A DNA stretch of 64,000 nt, from NCBI GenBank assembly GCA_943787795.1, contig CALSNU010000001.1, positions 544,001 to 608,000 on the forward strand, given 5' to 3'. Each line of letters starts with the position of its first letter. Positions within the stretch are counted from its first letter, which is position 1. Shown piece by piece: positions 20,060 through 29,684 of the stretch. Under the pieces are notes generated by a model. It was not told the DNA's origin. It saw only the letters and a program-made list of their open reading frames with translations, and did not search any database. Both the position numbers and the translations under genes were made by a program. This DNA comes from an uncultured bacterium. GTDB lineage: Bacteria; Planctomycetota; UBA1135; GCA-002686595.

Positions 20060-21823
20060 ATGGCTCCCTCCAAGAACCTGACCCTGCTCCTCACCGCTAC
20101 CGCTTTGGTCGCCGCGGGGTACATCCTGAGCGGCGGCATCGGGCGGGGCGCGGAGCCCCTGAGCGCGGGGCCGTGGGAGCCCGTGGAGCGGGCCGGGGGA
20201 GAGCCCGACGCGGGCGTTGGGCTGACGGGATCCTCGGACGAGGACTCGAGCCGCGTCGTCCTCGCGGAACTGGCGAGCGAGTCCGAGGTGCCGGCTGGGG
20301 CAGGATCGGGATCAGGGACCACGGTCATCTACCCGCTCGAGGTGGAGCTGACCCTCTTGCTTCGGGGCACGGTGGAGGTCCCCGACGACGTCATGCCCAT
20401 CGGCGCAGACGCCACGGCGGGGCTCCAGGGATCCTTGGTTGGCGACAACGGGAACCCTGCGCCGGGCATCGTTGAGTTCATCTATGGGCCGAACACGGGC
20501 CGCAAGATCCAGGCGGGTGCGCAGGGGCGCTTTGGCGCGAGTGACCTGCTGCAGGGGGCCTCGATCGTCAAGGTCACCGCGCCGGGGGGCAAGGTGGCGG
20601 TGCGCGAGGTGGTGCTGGCTCAGCTCTCGATGACGGAGCTTCACATCAGCTTTGCCAGCGTCGCCTCGGTCGCGGGGACGATCACGGACGGCGCGGGGGA
20701 GCCCCTCGAGGCGGCTGAGGTGCGCTCGGATGGTCGGGTCGTGTACACAGACCCTGACGGCGTCTTTCGACTCGGCGCGGTGCCGGCGGGCAAGGTGCTG
20801 GTCACCGTCCGCAAGCCGGGCTACGCGACCACCCGGCGGGCGGTCGGTGTTGGGTTCAGGCAGCGGGTTCAGCCGGCCGACTTCAAGATCGCGCTGGGAG
20901 AAGCGGCGACGCTGGAGGTCGGCCTCGCCCGCTCTCTCGGGTCGATCGCTCCGGGCTATGCGATCCTGACGCCGACCGCCGGTTCGGGAGGCGCTGCGGT
21001 TCCTGGGGGCGGCTTCCCGTGGTACGAGGTCAACCCTGTGGAGATTCCCCGCGGGGGGCGCGGTGTCGTCACCGGGCTCCCGCTGGGCGCGGTGGCCGTA
21101 CGAGTCTTCAAGGACGGTGCCCTGGCGATCCCGCCCTCCAAGAACGTGCGGTTGAAGACGGGGGCCGCCAACGTGGTGATCATCGACCTCGAGCCAGCCC
21201 CGGCGGTTCGTGGCGTGGTGCTCGACGGGGGAGAGCCGGTCAAGAACGCTCGGGTCACCGTCGAGGCCGCCGATCGCACCACCGCCTCATCCAAGATCCT
21301 GGGCCAGCGCAGTCCCCGGACCTTCCTCGAGGTGGTCATGCCGCCGATCCCAGGGGCGTTCCAGGCGCTCCGCACGGACAGTCGTGGGCGGTTCGAGTTC
21401 TCGCCACACCCTGCGGCGCTGACCGCCTACTACGTGACCGCGACGACAAAGGACGGGACGCGCAGCGGGGTCGGCGTCGTCAAACAGGGGACCAAAGAGG
21501 TCACCGTGAGCCTGCAGGACGCGGAGGTGCTCACGGGTGAGGTGGAGGTGAACCTCCCAGGCCGCTTTCAGGGGCTACCGGTCGAGGTCCGTATTCAGGG
21601 CGCTCCCGAGGGGGAGCAGGTGCTCGGGGCTGGAGCGGAGCTGATCCTGGGCGACCTTGAGCGGGGGACGTGGAGGGTGACCGCGAGCTGGCGAGGGGTC
21701 CAGGTCGTGCCCGGGACCGTGCTCGAGGTGGGAGAAGAGCGAGCCAGGGTCCGGGGCAGCCTGCCCTCCGGGGCGATCCAGGGGCAGACTGCTGAGGAGC
21801 GGCTCCGGGTCCGGGGATCTTGA
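20060..21823 (+). CDS. Membrane-anchored protein with carboxypeptidase-regulatory-like domains
   Basis: N-terminal TM helix; 'GTITDGAGEPLEAAEV..TDPDGVF', 'GVVLDGGEPVKNARV..TDSRGRF'. Confidence 0.75.
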   Translation: MAPSKNLTLLLTATALVAAGYILSGGIGRGAEPLSAGPWEPVERAGGEPDAGVGLTGSSDEDSSRVVLAELASESEVPAGAGSGSGTTVIYPLEVELTLLLRGTVEVPDDVMPIGADATAGLQGSLVGDNGNPAPGIVEFIYGPNTGRKIQAGAQGRFGASDLLQGASIVKVTAPGGKVAVREVVLAQLSMTELHISFASVASVAGTITDGAGEPLEAAEVRSDGRVVYTDPDGVFRLGAVPAGKVLVTVRKPGYATTRRAVGVGFRQRVQPADFKIALGEAATLEVGLARSLGSIAPGYAILTPTAGSGGAAVPGGGFPWYEVNPVEIPRGGRGVVTGLPLGAVAVRVFKDGALAIPPSKNVRLKTGAANVVIIDLEPAPAVRGVVLDGGEPVKNARVTVEAADRTTASSKILGQRSPRTFLEVVMPPIPGAFQALRTDSRGRFEFSPHPAALTAYYVTATTKDGTRSGVGVVKQGTKEVTVSLQDAEVLTGEVEVNLPGRFQGLPVEVRIQGAPEGEQVLGAGAELILGDLERGTWRVTASWRGVQVVPGTVLEVGEERARVRGSLPSGAIQGQTAEERLRVRGS

Positions 21824-21926
21824 GGAGCCAGGTGCGGGGGCCCTCGGGAACCCGGTGCCTGGATCCTGAGGAAGGCGGCCGCTGAGCGCGAGCCGGGGTA
21901 CGCCCGGGAGGCTAAGATCGCGCCCC

Positions 21927-23477
21927 ATGACCTCCCAAGCGCCGAACGTTCTTCGCCTCGACGGCGCCTCCCTGTCGCTCGAGGACCTCGAACCGCTCGT
22001 CCGCGGCGAGCAGATGAGGGTCGAGATCGACCCGGCCTGCCACGGTGGGATCCAGGCTTCGCGTGCCATGGTCGACGCGCACGTCGAGGCGGGCGACGTG
22101 GTGTACGGGCTGACCACCGGCTTCGGACGCCTCAAGAACGTCGCGGTGGCCGGAGAGGATCTCGCGGAGCTGCAGCGCAACCTGATCCTCTCTCACTGCG
22201 TCGGCATCGGCGAGCCCATGCCGATTCGGGAGGTGCGGATCGCCCAGGTCCTGCGCCTGAACAGCCTCCTCCGCGGGGTCTCCGGCGTGCGCCTCGAGCT
22301 GGTGGAGCACCTCGCGGCGGTGTTCAACGCGGAGTTCGTTCCGGTCGTTCCCCAGCAGGGATCGGTGGGAGCGAGCGGCGATCTGGCTCCGCTGTCACAT
22401 ATGGCGGGGGCGATGATGGGTTCTGGCGAGGCCTGGGTTCGCGGCCGCCGGATGAACGCGGCCGACGGGCTCCAGGAGGCGGGCCTTGAGCCGCTTGCCC
22501 TCGAGGCCAAGGAGGGCCTGGCCCTGATCAATGGTACGGAGATCATGAAGGCCTCCGCCGTGGTGAGCGTTGTTCGGGCGAGCAACCTCTCGCGCGCCGC
22601 CGACGCCATCGCCTCCCTCTCCATCGAGGCCCTCCATGGGAGCGACCGGCCCTTCCAGGACCTCCTCGCGCGGCTCAAGAACAGCGAGGGGCAGCGCCGC
22701 ACCGCGAGCAACGTCCGGGCCTGCCTCTCCAGCTCCGAGGTCATCGCCTCCCACACGGACTGTGACCGCGTCCAAGACCCCTACTCGTTGCGCTGTGTCC
22801 CCCAGATCCACGGCGCAGTGAAGACCGCCCTCGCGCACGTGACCGAGGTCCTTCGCGCGGAGCTCAACGCGGTCACCGATAACCCCCTCGTGGTGCCCGA
22901 GACCGGCGAGGTCTTCAGCGCAGGGCTCTTCCACGGCCAGCCCCTCTCGATGATCCTCGACTATCTGGGGCTGAGCGTCTGCACCCTGGCCAACGTCTCC
23001 GAGAGGCGCGTGGAGCAGCTGGTGAACCCCGACCTCTCGGGGCTGCCAGCGTTCCTCTCGCCTGACCCCGGCCTCCACTCCGGCCTGATGATCGCCCAGT
23101 ACTCTGCGGCGGCGCTCGCGAGCGAGAACAAGGTCTACGCCCACCCCGCCTCGGTGGACACGGTGCCCACGAGCGCGAACCAGGAGGACCACGTCTCCAT
23201 GGGGGTAACCGCGGCTCGCAAGTGCCGGACCATCATCGATAACGTGGAGGCCGTGCTGGGAATCGAGCTGGTCTGCGGCGCACAGGCGAGAGAGTTCACG
23301 CTCGAGCTACGCGCGGGCCTCGGCGCGCAGGCGGCCTACCGCGCCGCCCGGGCGGTCATCGAGCCCCTGAAGGAGGACCGCTACCTTGAGCCGGACCTCC
23401 GCGCGGCGCGGGAGTGCATCGCCTCAGGCGCGCTCGTCGGCGCGGTGGAGGAGGCCGTCGGCCCGCTCCTCCCATGA
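21927..23477 (+). CDS. hutH: Histidine ammonia-lyase
   Basis: MIO motif 'GSVGASGDLAPL', 'VYG.TTGFG', 'LILSH' (HAL-type), 'QDPYSLRC.PQ', 'NQEDHVSM'. Confidence 0.92.
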   Translation: MTSQAPNVLRLDGASLSLEDLEPLVRGEQMRVEIDPACHGGIQASRAMVDAHVEAGDVVYGLTTGFGRLKNVAVAGEDLAELQRNLILSHCVGIGEPMPIREVRIAQVLRLNSLLRGVSGVRLELVEHLAAVFNAEFVPVVPQQGSVGASGDLAPLSHMAGAMMGSGEAWVRGRRMNAADGLQEAGLEPLALEAKEGLALINGTEIMKASAVVSVVRASNLSRAADAIASLSIEALHGSDRPFQDLLARLKNSEGQRRTASNVRACLSSSEVIASHTDCDRVQDPYSLRCVPQIHGAVKTALAHVTEVLRAELNAVTDNPLVVPETGEVFSAGLFHGQPLSMILDYLGLSVCTLANVSERRVEQLVNPDLSGLPAFLSPDPGLHSGLMIAQYSAAALASENKVYAHPASVDTVPTSANQEDHVSMGVTAARKCRTIIDNVEAVLGIELVCGAQAREFTLELRAGLGAQAAYRAARAVIEPLKEDRYLEPDLRAARECIASGALVGAVEEAVGPLLP

Positions 23478-24547
23478 ACGGCGATGCTCACCGGACGGAC
23501 GACGTCCGCGTCTCTGATCTGCAGCCGCTCATCTCGCCGGCGATCCTCGCCGCGGAGATCCCTGTATCAGCCCGCGCGGCAGGGATCGTGACGGCGGCCC
23601 GCCGCGAGATCGAGGAGATCCTCTCCGGCGCCTCTGATCGACTCCTCGCGGTCGTGGGGCCCTGCTCGATCCATGATCCCGACGCGGCGCGGGAGTATGC
23701 GGCGCTCCTGCACGCCACGGCCTCACGGCTTCGCGACGACCTGCTGGTGGTGATGCGCGTCTACTTCGAGAAGCCTCGAACCCGCGTCGGTTGGAAGGGC
23801 CTGATCAGCGACCCCGACATCGACGGGAGCTTTCGAATCAACCGAGGCCTCCGGATCGCGCGCGAGCTTCTCGCGGACCTCGCCGACCTAGGGCTGCCCG
23901 CGGGGAGCGAGTTCCTCGACACGATCTCGCCCCAGTTCTTCGCGGACCTCGTTTCCTGGGGGGCCATCGGCGCCAGGACCGCCGAGAGTCAGGTGCACAG
24001 GGAGCTCGCCTCCGGGCTCTCCATGCCCGTCGGATTCAAGAACAGCACCTCTGGAGATCTCGAGCCGGCGATCCACGCCGTCGGGGCGGCGCAGCATCCG
24101 CACCGGTTCCTCTCGGTGACCAAGCAGGGCATCTCCGCCATCGTCGCGACTCGCGGGAACCCGTCGTGCCACCTGATCCTCCGCGGCGCCCACGGCGGGC
24201 CGAACCATGACGAGGCGTCCGTGCGGGGAGCCGCCGCCAGGCTGGATGAGCTCGGGCTTCGGACGCGGCTCATGGTGGACTGTAGCCACGGCAACAGCCG
24301 CAAGGACCACGCTCAACAGCCAGGCGTCGCCGCGGAGGTGGCTCGCCAGATCCGCGCCGGATCCAAGGACATCGCTGGAGTCATGATCGAGAGCAACCTG
24401 GTGGAGGGGCGGCAGGCACCCGAGGCGTCGCCCCGACTCCACGGGGTGAGCATCACGGACGCCTGTCTCGGCTGGGGTGAGACCGTCCCGATGCTCGAGG
24501 ATCTGGCGGCGGCGGTGCGAGCCCGCCGCGAGGCCGCGATCAGCTGA
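23474..24547 (+). CDS. aroG: 3-deoxy-7-phosphoheptulonate (DAHP) synthase, class I-alpha (AroF/G/H family)
   Basis: 'VVGPCSIHD','MRVYFEKPRT.VGWKG','GAIGART.ESQ.HRELASGLS','DCSHGNS','GVSITDAC'; ATG at 23474 overlaps the hutH stop. Confidence 0.93.
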   Translation: MNGDAHRTDDVRVSDLQPLISPAILAAEIPVSARAAGIVTAARREIEEILSGASDRLLAVVGPCSIHDPDAAREYAALLHATASRLRDDLLVVMRVYFEKPRTRVGWKGLISDPDIDGSFRINRGLRIARELLADLADLGLPAGSEFLDTISPQFFADLVSWGAIGARTAESQVHRELASGLSMPVGFKNSTSGDLEPAIHAVGAAQHPHRFLSVTKQGISAIVATRGNPSCHLILRGAHGGPNHDEASVRGAAARLDELGLRTRLMVDCSHGNSRKDHAQQPGVAAEVARQIRAGSKDIAGVMIESNLVEGRQAPEASPRLHGVSITDACLGWGETVPMLEDLAAAVRARREAAIS

Positions 24548-25538
24548 GGGCTGGCGCCGCGGCGGCCTCCAGGCGGGCGAGGAACCCTTCGGTGTCGCTG
24601 TCCCTCAGCCAGCGCTCGCGGCCCTGGGCGTCGCCCACTAGCCCTCCTGCCTCCCAGTACTGGAGGAGCTGCTTCACCCGGCCCACGGCGGCGCGACGGG
24701 GCGCGCCGAGTGACTCCAGAACCTGAGCGTACTCGTGGAGGAAGGCCGCGGCCTCCGAGCGGGAGACCTCACGGCCAGAGAAGATCCACGGGTCCCGGAG
24801 CGCGCCGCGGCCGACCATCACGAAGGCGCAGCCGGTCTCCACCTGCATGCGCTCGAGGTCGGAGTGCAGCCAGGCGCTCCCGTTGCCGGCGACGGGGATC
24901 GACACGGCCTCCACCGCGCGGCGGATGCGCGACCAGTAGACCTCCTCCTGGTAGCCCTCCCGTCGGGTGCGGCAATGGATCGTCAGCATCGCGGCGCCGC
25001 CGGCCTCGGCGGCCCTCGCCAGCGCCTCCACGTCGCGGTCATGGTCAAAGCCGGCGCGGATCTTGGCCGTGACCGGGGTGCGGCCTCCGACGCCCTGCAC
25101 CGCGGCTCGGACCGAGGCCTCCACGCCCGCCGGGTCCTTGAGGGCCGCGGCACCGGCGCAGCCCTTGAGGGCGCCGCGGGCGGGGCAACCGAAGTTGAGG
25201 TCGAGGACTGGGACCCCGAGGTCCGCCGCGTTCGAGGCCGAGCCGATCAGGCATTCGAGGTCGCTGCCCATGAGCTGGATGCCCACGGGGATCTGGAACC
25301 TGCGGGTGCCCAGGTGCTTGTGCATCTCGCGCTTGGCGACCGGGCGATCGATGACGCGCACGAACTCGGTGAAGGCGCCGCCCAGGTCCGCTGGAGCGTG
25401 GCGCGCGAGGACGATGTCCCGGAACGACGGGGCGGTCACGCCCTCCATGGGCGCGAGCAGCCACGGTGAGGTGAAGGGCAGGCCCTCCACGACGGGGGCT
25501 GCGGGCGCGGGGGCGCCCTCGGTCGCGACGGTGTTCAC
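24540..25538 (-). CDS. dus: tRNA-dihydrouridine synthase (DusC-like)
   Basis: 'LAPMEGVT','DLNFGCP','TAKIRAG','IHCRT','VMVGRGAL..PWIF'; start approximate. Confidence 0.9.
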   Translation of the reverse strand: MNTVATEGAPAPAAPVVEGLPFTSPWLLAPMEGVTAPSFRDIVLARHAPADLGGAFTEFVRVIDRPVAKREMHKHLGTRRFQIPVGIQLMGSDLECLIGSASNAADLGVPVLDLNFGCPARGALKGCAGAAALKDPAGVEASVRAAVQGVGGRTPVTAKIRAGFDHDRDVEALARAAEAGGAAMLTIHCRTRREGYQEEVYWSRIRRAVEAVSIPVAGNGSAWLHSDLERMQVETGCAFVMVGRGALRDPWIFSGREVSRSEAAAFLHEYAQVLESLGAPRRAAVGRVKQLLQYWEAGGLVGDAQGRERWLRDSDTEGFLARLEAAAAPALS

Positions 25539-25619
25539 GGGGGGAAGTCTAGTGGCTCTGGCGGGGTCGAGGGGGAGAGTGGGCGGGTCCGCGGGCGCCC
25601 GTGTCTTAGACTCACCGTC

Positions 25620-26672
25620 ATGTGGCTCAACGAGAACCTGCAGCCGGGCGACTGGCAGGGCACCTTCCCCGACCTCGACGTGGCGGCGGCGGCGGAACGC
25701 ATCCGCGAGGTGCTCGCACCGACCCCCTTGGTGCGCCTCCCTGGGTCGATCCCGGGCGCCCTGGACCTTCGGGGCAAGCTCGAGAACCGGCAGGAGACCG
25801 GCTCCTTCAAGGCCCGCGGCGCGCTGAACAACATGCTGCGGCTCACGGACGAGGAGCGCGCGCGCGGCGTGGTGGCGTCCAGCTCGGGGAACCACGGCCG
25901 GGCGCTGGCCTGGGCCGCTCGCCGGGTGGGGGTCCCGGCCACCGTGGTCATGCCGAAGGACGCTTACCCGAATAAGATCGAGGCTTGCCGCGAGGAGGAG
26001 GCCGAGGTGGTGCTGGCCGCCGATCGCTGGCAGGCGGATGTGGTGGCGGAGCAGCTCGCCGGCGAAGGCCGGCTCTGGGTGCACCCCTACGATCGACCGG
26101 GCACCGTCGAGGGGGCGGGGACAGTCGGGCTCGAGCTCGCCTCGGACTGGCCTGAGGTGGAGGTCGTGATCATGTGCATCGGCGGGGGCGGGCTGAGCGC
26201 GGGCTCCGCGCTGGCCCTGCGGCGGGCGCTCGGCGAGGGGGTCGTGCTGCTGGGCGCGGAGCCCACCGGCGCGGCGGCGATGGTGGCCGCCCAGCGCGAG
26301 GGGAAGAGCGTTCACCTCGACACCATCACCAGCCAGGTCCAGGGCCTCACCACCACCTACGCGGGCCACCTCAACGTGGACCTCTGCCGCGCGACCCTCG
26401 ACGGCATCTTGACCGTGGATGACGCCGCGATCTACGCCGGCCAGCGGCGGCTCGTGAACGACGACGCCGGGTGCGGCTGGGCGGCGGAGGTCGTCGAGCC
26501 CGCGGGCGCCGCGGCTTACGCTGCGGCCCTCTCCACGGACTTCTGCGACCTGGTGAGCGCGGCGCGAATCCGCCGCGGCCTCTCCACCGAGCCGCGTGGA
26601 GCGATGCGGGTCGCGGTCACCATCTCGGGGGGCAACCCCGCCCCCGCGCAGCTTGCGGAGCAGCGAGCGTGA
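25620..26672 (+). CDS. PLP-dependent threonine/serine dehydratase family protein (no regulatory domain)
   Basis: 'KLEN.Q.TGSFKARGA','SSGNHG','GGGGL','ISGGN'. Confidence 0.88.
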   Translation: MWLNENLQPGDWQGTFPDLDVAAAAERIREVLAPTPLVRLPGSIPGALDLRGKLENRQETGSFKARGALNNMLRLTDEERARGVVASSSGNHGRALAWAARRVGVPATVVMPKDAYPNKIEACREEEAEVVLAADRWQADVVAEQLAGEGRLWVHPYDRPGTVEGAGTVGLELASDWPEVEVVIMCIGGGGLSAGSALALRRALGEGVVLLGAEPTGAAAMVAAQREGKSVHLDTITSQVQGLTTTYAGHLNVDLCRATLDGILTVDDAAIYAGQRRLVNDDAGCGWAAEVVEPAGAAAYAAALSTDFCDLVSAARIRRGLSTEPRGAMRVAVTISGGNPAPAQLAEQRA

Positions 26673-28843
26673 GGCGGCGCCTCGGACTCCTGTCGATGGT
26701 GCTTGCCGCGAGCTGCGGCGGTGGAGGCGACGGCGAGGTCAAGCGGCCCCCGGCGAAGGCCTGGGGCCTGCCTGGCGGCGTGGCCGCGTCCGGGCTCGGC
26801 GAAGAGGTGCGGGCCTCGAGCGACTGCGTGCTGATGCTCGTGCTCGACGGCGTCTCCCGCGCGGACCTGGAGCGGGACGACCTCGAGCTCCCGAACCTCG
26901 AGTCTCTGGCTGCCGGCGCGGTCCGCTACGGGGACGCGATCGCGGTCTCCACGGGCGGTAACTCCGGGCTCGCCTCCCTGCTCACCGGCCGGTACCCGCC
27001 GGAGCACGGCGTCGGCTCCATGCGCACGCCCATGTTCGCCCGGCTCTCGGAGGAGGAGCGCACCCTGGCCGAGGGCTTCCACGACCTGGGCTGGCGGACG
27101 GTGGCCTCCCTGCCCGAGGCGCGGCAGTCCCGCGGGATCTCGGGCTTCGAGCAGGGCTTCGACGGGTTCGACGCGCCGCGCCTCGGCGAGGCCGCACGCG
27201 ACGCCCTCGGCGTCTCCATCGGCGCCCGTGACCTCCTGGCGGGGCCGCTCCTTGAGCCCGGCCTCGGGGTCTTCGGCCTGGTGGTCTTCGGGGCGCCGCT
27301 GGGGCCGGCCAAGGCGGATCCCGAACAGCTCATGGGCGCCGCGCCGCTGATCGGCGAGCGCCTCGCCTCCGTCGCGGCGGAGCGAGCGGAGGTGGCGCGG
27401 GAGCTGCAGCGTCTGGACGGGACGGCCGAGGCGGCCCGGGAGCTCGTCCGCATGCTCGGCCGGGCGCGGGGGAGCGACGCGTGGGAGCTGCTCGAGCGCG
27501 CCGTTCGGGACGCGCAGCTACTGGAGATCGATCGCGCGGTGGGGCGGCTGCTGGAGCAGGTGGAGGTCGCCGGCCGGGGCGAAGACTGCACCGTGGTCCT
27601 CTGCGCCACCCGCGGCCTCCTCCGCCGGCCGACGGAGCTCACCGTGGGTCGGCGCTTCGCGACCGAGCTGCTCGAGGTCCCGCTTTGGATCCGGTGGGCG
27701 CGGGGCCAGGGGAGCGAGGCGCCGGTCGTCGAGACCGTCTCGGTGCTCGAGTCCAGCCGCGCGCTGGATCGCGCCTTCGATCTGGGCTTGGAGCCCTCGT
27801 TCTACCCTTCGGTGGGGTCGGCCTACACCTCCTCCGCTGGCCTCGACGCCCACGCCTTCGTGGCGCCGGCCCGACAGGAGGAGCGACTGGGGATTCAGTC
27901 CAGCGCGCAGGCCTTCGATCGGGCGGGAGGGGTGTCGACCCTGGAGCTTCGGCCCCTGCTCCACGACGACCCGTTCACCGCCTACACCAGCCTCCCGGAG
28001 CTCGAGTTCTGGTGGACCGGCGGTGAGGAACCTCCGGCTGTGCGCTGGGAGAGCGGCGCGCACCTCGCGCTCGACGTTCAGGCCGGCGGCGCGCCGGCGC
28101 GAAAGGGTCGCCTGACGTTCGACCCCTCGAGTCGGGGGGCGGCGTGGGGTCGACTTCGACTCGGTGGGCGCGGGGCGTCGCTGCGGGTCTCCCTTGAACC
28201 CCGGCGCCGCGGGGCCAAGGCGTCCGGCGCTCTGGTCCCGGACGCCGTGCTCCTGGGGGGGCCCACGCTGGCGCAAGGGTCGACGCTCTACCTCGAGGGC
28301 GGGGGGGGCGAGGCCGTCGATCCGGAGGCGCCGCAGGGGCCTTGGCTCCGGCTCGAGAAGGAACGCAGCGTCTGGTGGCGGGCCCGGGTGGAGGGTGCGG
28401 GGCCCGCAGAGGTGCTGGTGGGCTGCTGGCCGCCCCGGGATCTCTGGGACGGGCTGGAGGTCGAGGCCTCCGCGCCGGTTCGGCGTGTCGAGGTCCCCGG
28501 CCGCCCGGACCTGGTGAAGCTGGTGGGGGAGGCGCCGTTCGACTTCGCGGTCCGCAAGGAGGCCAGGGAGCGGTTCGCCCTCAGCTGCTCGGTGGGAGGG
28601 AGTGACCTGGCGCCCGACCGCATCTCGGTGGACGGCGAGGGTCTCGGGGGGCCCGACGGGTTCGCGTTCCGCCTGGACCACTGGAAGGTGCCGCCGAGGT
28701 GGCCGGGCCCCAACGTGGAGGACCTGGGGGACGGAGTGCTGTACATCAGGGAACGAGACGGGCACCCCACGTCCCCGTGGGTGAGCGAGGGCTTCACCCT
28801 CGACCAGCTGCGCTTCCTACGCACGCTGCCCCTGGGCGAGTAG
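26669..28843 (+). CDS. Lipoprotein with a sulfatase/alkaline-phosphatase-like domain (catalytic motif degenerate) and a C-terminal extension
   Basis: Lipobox 'LAASC'; 'LVLDG', 'ASLLTGRYPPEHGV', 'TLAE', 'GFEQGFD.F', 'ID..VGRLL', 'VPL.IRW'; GTGA overlap. Confidence 0.7.
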   Translation: MRRRLGLLSMVLAASCGGGGDGEVKRPPAKAWGLPGGVAASGLGEEVRASSDCVLMLVLDGVSRADLERDDLELPNLESLAAGAVRYGDAIAVSTGGNSGLASLLTGRYPPEHGVGSMRTPMFARLSEEERTLAEGFHDLGWRTVASLPEARQSRGISGFEQGFDGFDAPRLGEAARDALGVSIGARDLLAGPLLEPGLGVFGLVVFGAPLGPAKADPEQLMGAAPLIGERLASVAAERAEVARELQRLDGTAEAARELVRMLGRARGSDAWELLERAVRDAQLLEIDRAVGRLLEQVEVAGRGEDCTVVLCATRGLLRRPTELTVGRRFATELLEVPLWIRWARGQGSEAPVVETVSVLESSRALDRAFDLGLEPSFYPSVGSAYTSSAGLDAHAFVAPARQEERLGIQSSAQAFDRAGGVSTLELRPLLHDDPFTAYTSLPELEFWWTGGEEPPAVRWESGAHLALDVQAGGAPARKGRLTFDPSSRGAAWGRLRLGGRGASLRVSLEPRRRGAKASGALVPDAVLLGGPTLAQGSTLYLEGGGGEAVDPEAPQGPWLRLEKERSVWWRARVEGAGPAEVLVGCWPPRDLWDGLEVEASAPVRRVEVPGRPDLVKLVGEAPFDFAVRKEARERFALSCSVGGSDLAPDRISVDGEGLGGPDGFAFRLDHWKVPPRWPGPNVEDLGDGVLYIRERDGHPTSPWVSEGFTLDQLRFLRTLPLGE

Positions 28844-28853
28844 TCTCTGCCCC

Positions 28854-29657
28854 GTGAAGCGCATCATCCTCTGTCGACCCGCCGGCCCCCGCAATGTGGG
28901 CGCCGTCCTCCGCGCGGCCCTGAACTTTGGTCCGGCCGAGGTCGTGATCAAGGGGCTCGGCCGCCCGTCGCTGTTGGTCCACCCTGACTTCGAGCTCATG
29001 TCCCACGGCGGCGAGGACGCCAGGTCCGCCATCAAGGTGGTCGAGACCATGGAGGAGGCCCTGGAGGGATGCCACCACGCGGTGGCCTTCACCGCCCGCG
29101 CGAGGAAGAAGGAGCGGCGGGTGAACTGGCGCGAGCGCGCGCCGGAGCTCGCGCCCATGGGCGACGACGAGGAACAGCGGCTCGCGCTGATCTTCGGCAG
29201 CGAGGAGAGCGGCCTGACCCGGGAGGAGGCGGCGGTGGCGCAGGAGCTCGCTCACCTACGGACCGCGCCCGCGCACACCTCACTCAACCTGGCTCAGGCG
29301 GTGACGGTGGTGCTGCACAGCCTGTTCACCGGGGACGAGGTGCACCAGCGGGAGCCCAAGCCCAAGCGCCTGGACCAGCGCGAGCGGACCTTCCTCAAGG
29401 AGCGGATGACCGAAGTGCTCGCGGGAGAGGTGGCGTTCACGGAGTCCGCCGCGAAGGACATCACGGGGGCGATCGAGCGCATGGTCACCCGCGCCCCGCT
29501 TGAGCCCCGGGACGCGCGAGCCTGGCACATCATCCTCCGATCGCTGGGTTCCTCCGCGACGCCGTCCGAGTTCGGCCTCGAGGAGCAGCCCAGGGACGCA
29601 AGGCGCCGCGACGCCCTCGAGCGAAACGAGCGGCGCCGCGGCGGCGATGACGGCTGA
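28854..29657 (+). CDS. trmJ: SPOUT RNA methyltransferase, TrmJ/LasT family
   Basis: 'P..PRNVGAV.RA..NFG','ALIFGSEESGL','SLNLAQAV'. Confidence 0.85.
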   Translation: MKRIILCRPAGPRNVGAVLRAALNFGPAEVVIKGLGRPSLLVHPDFELMSHGGEDARSAIKVVETMEEALEGCHHAVAFTARARKKERRVNWRERAPELAPMGDDEEQRLALIFGSEESGLTREEAAVAQELAHLRTAPAHTSLNLAQAVTVVLHSLFTGDEVHQREPKPKRLDQRERTFLKERMTEVLAGEVAFTESAAKDITGAIERMVTRAPLEPRDARAWHIILRSLGSSATPSEFGLEEQPRDARRRDALERNERRRGGDDG

Positions 29658-29684
29658 TAGCCGTTCCTGAGGGGATGACCGTGG

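Noticed and set aside
21927..24547. Ammonia-lyase coupled to DAHP synthase as a PAL/TAL phenylpropanoid pathway
   Set aside because: The specificity segment reads LILSH and NQEDHVSM, the histidine ammonia-lyase type. No CoA ligase or PKS is adjacent.
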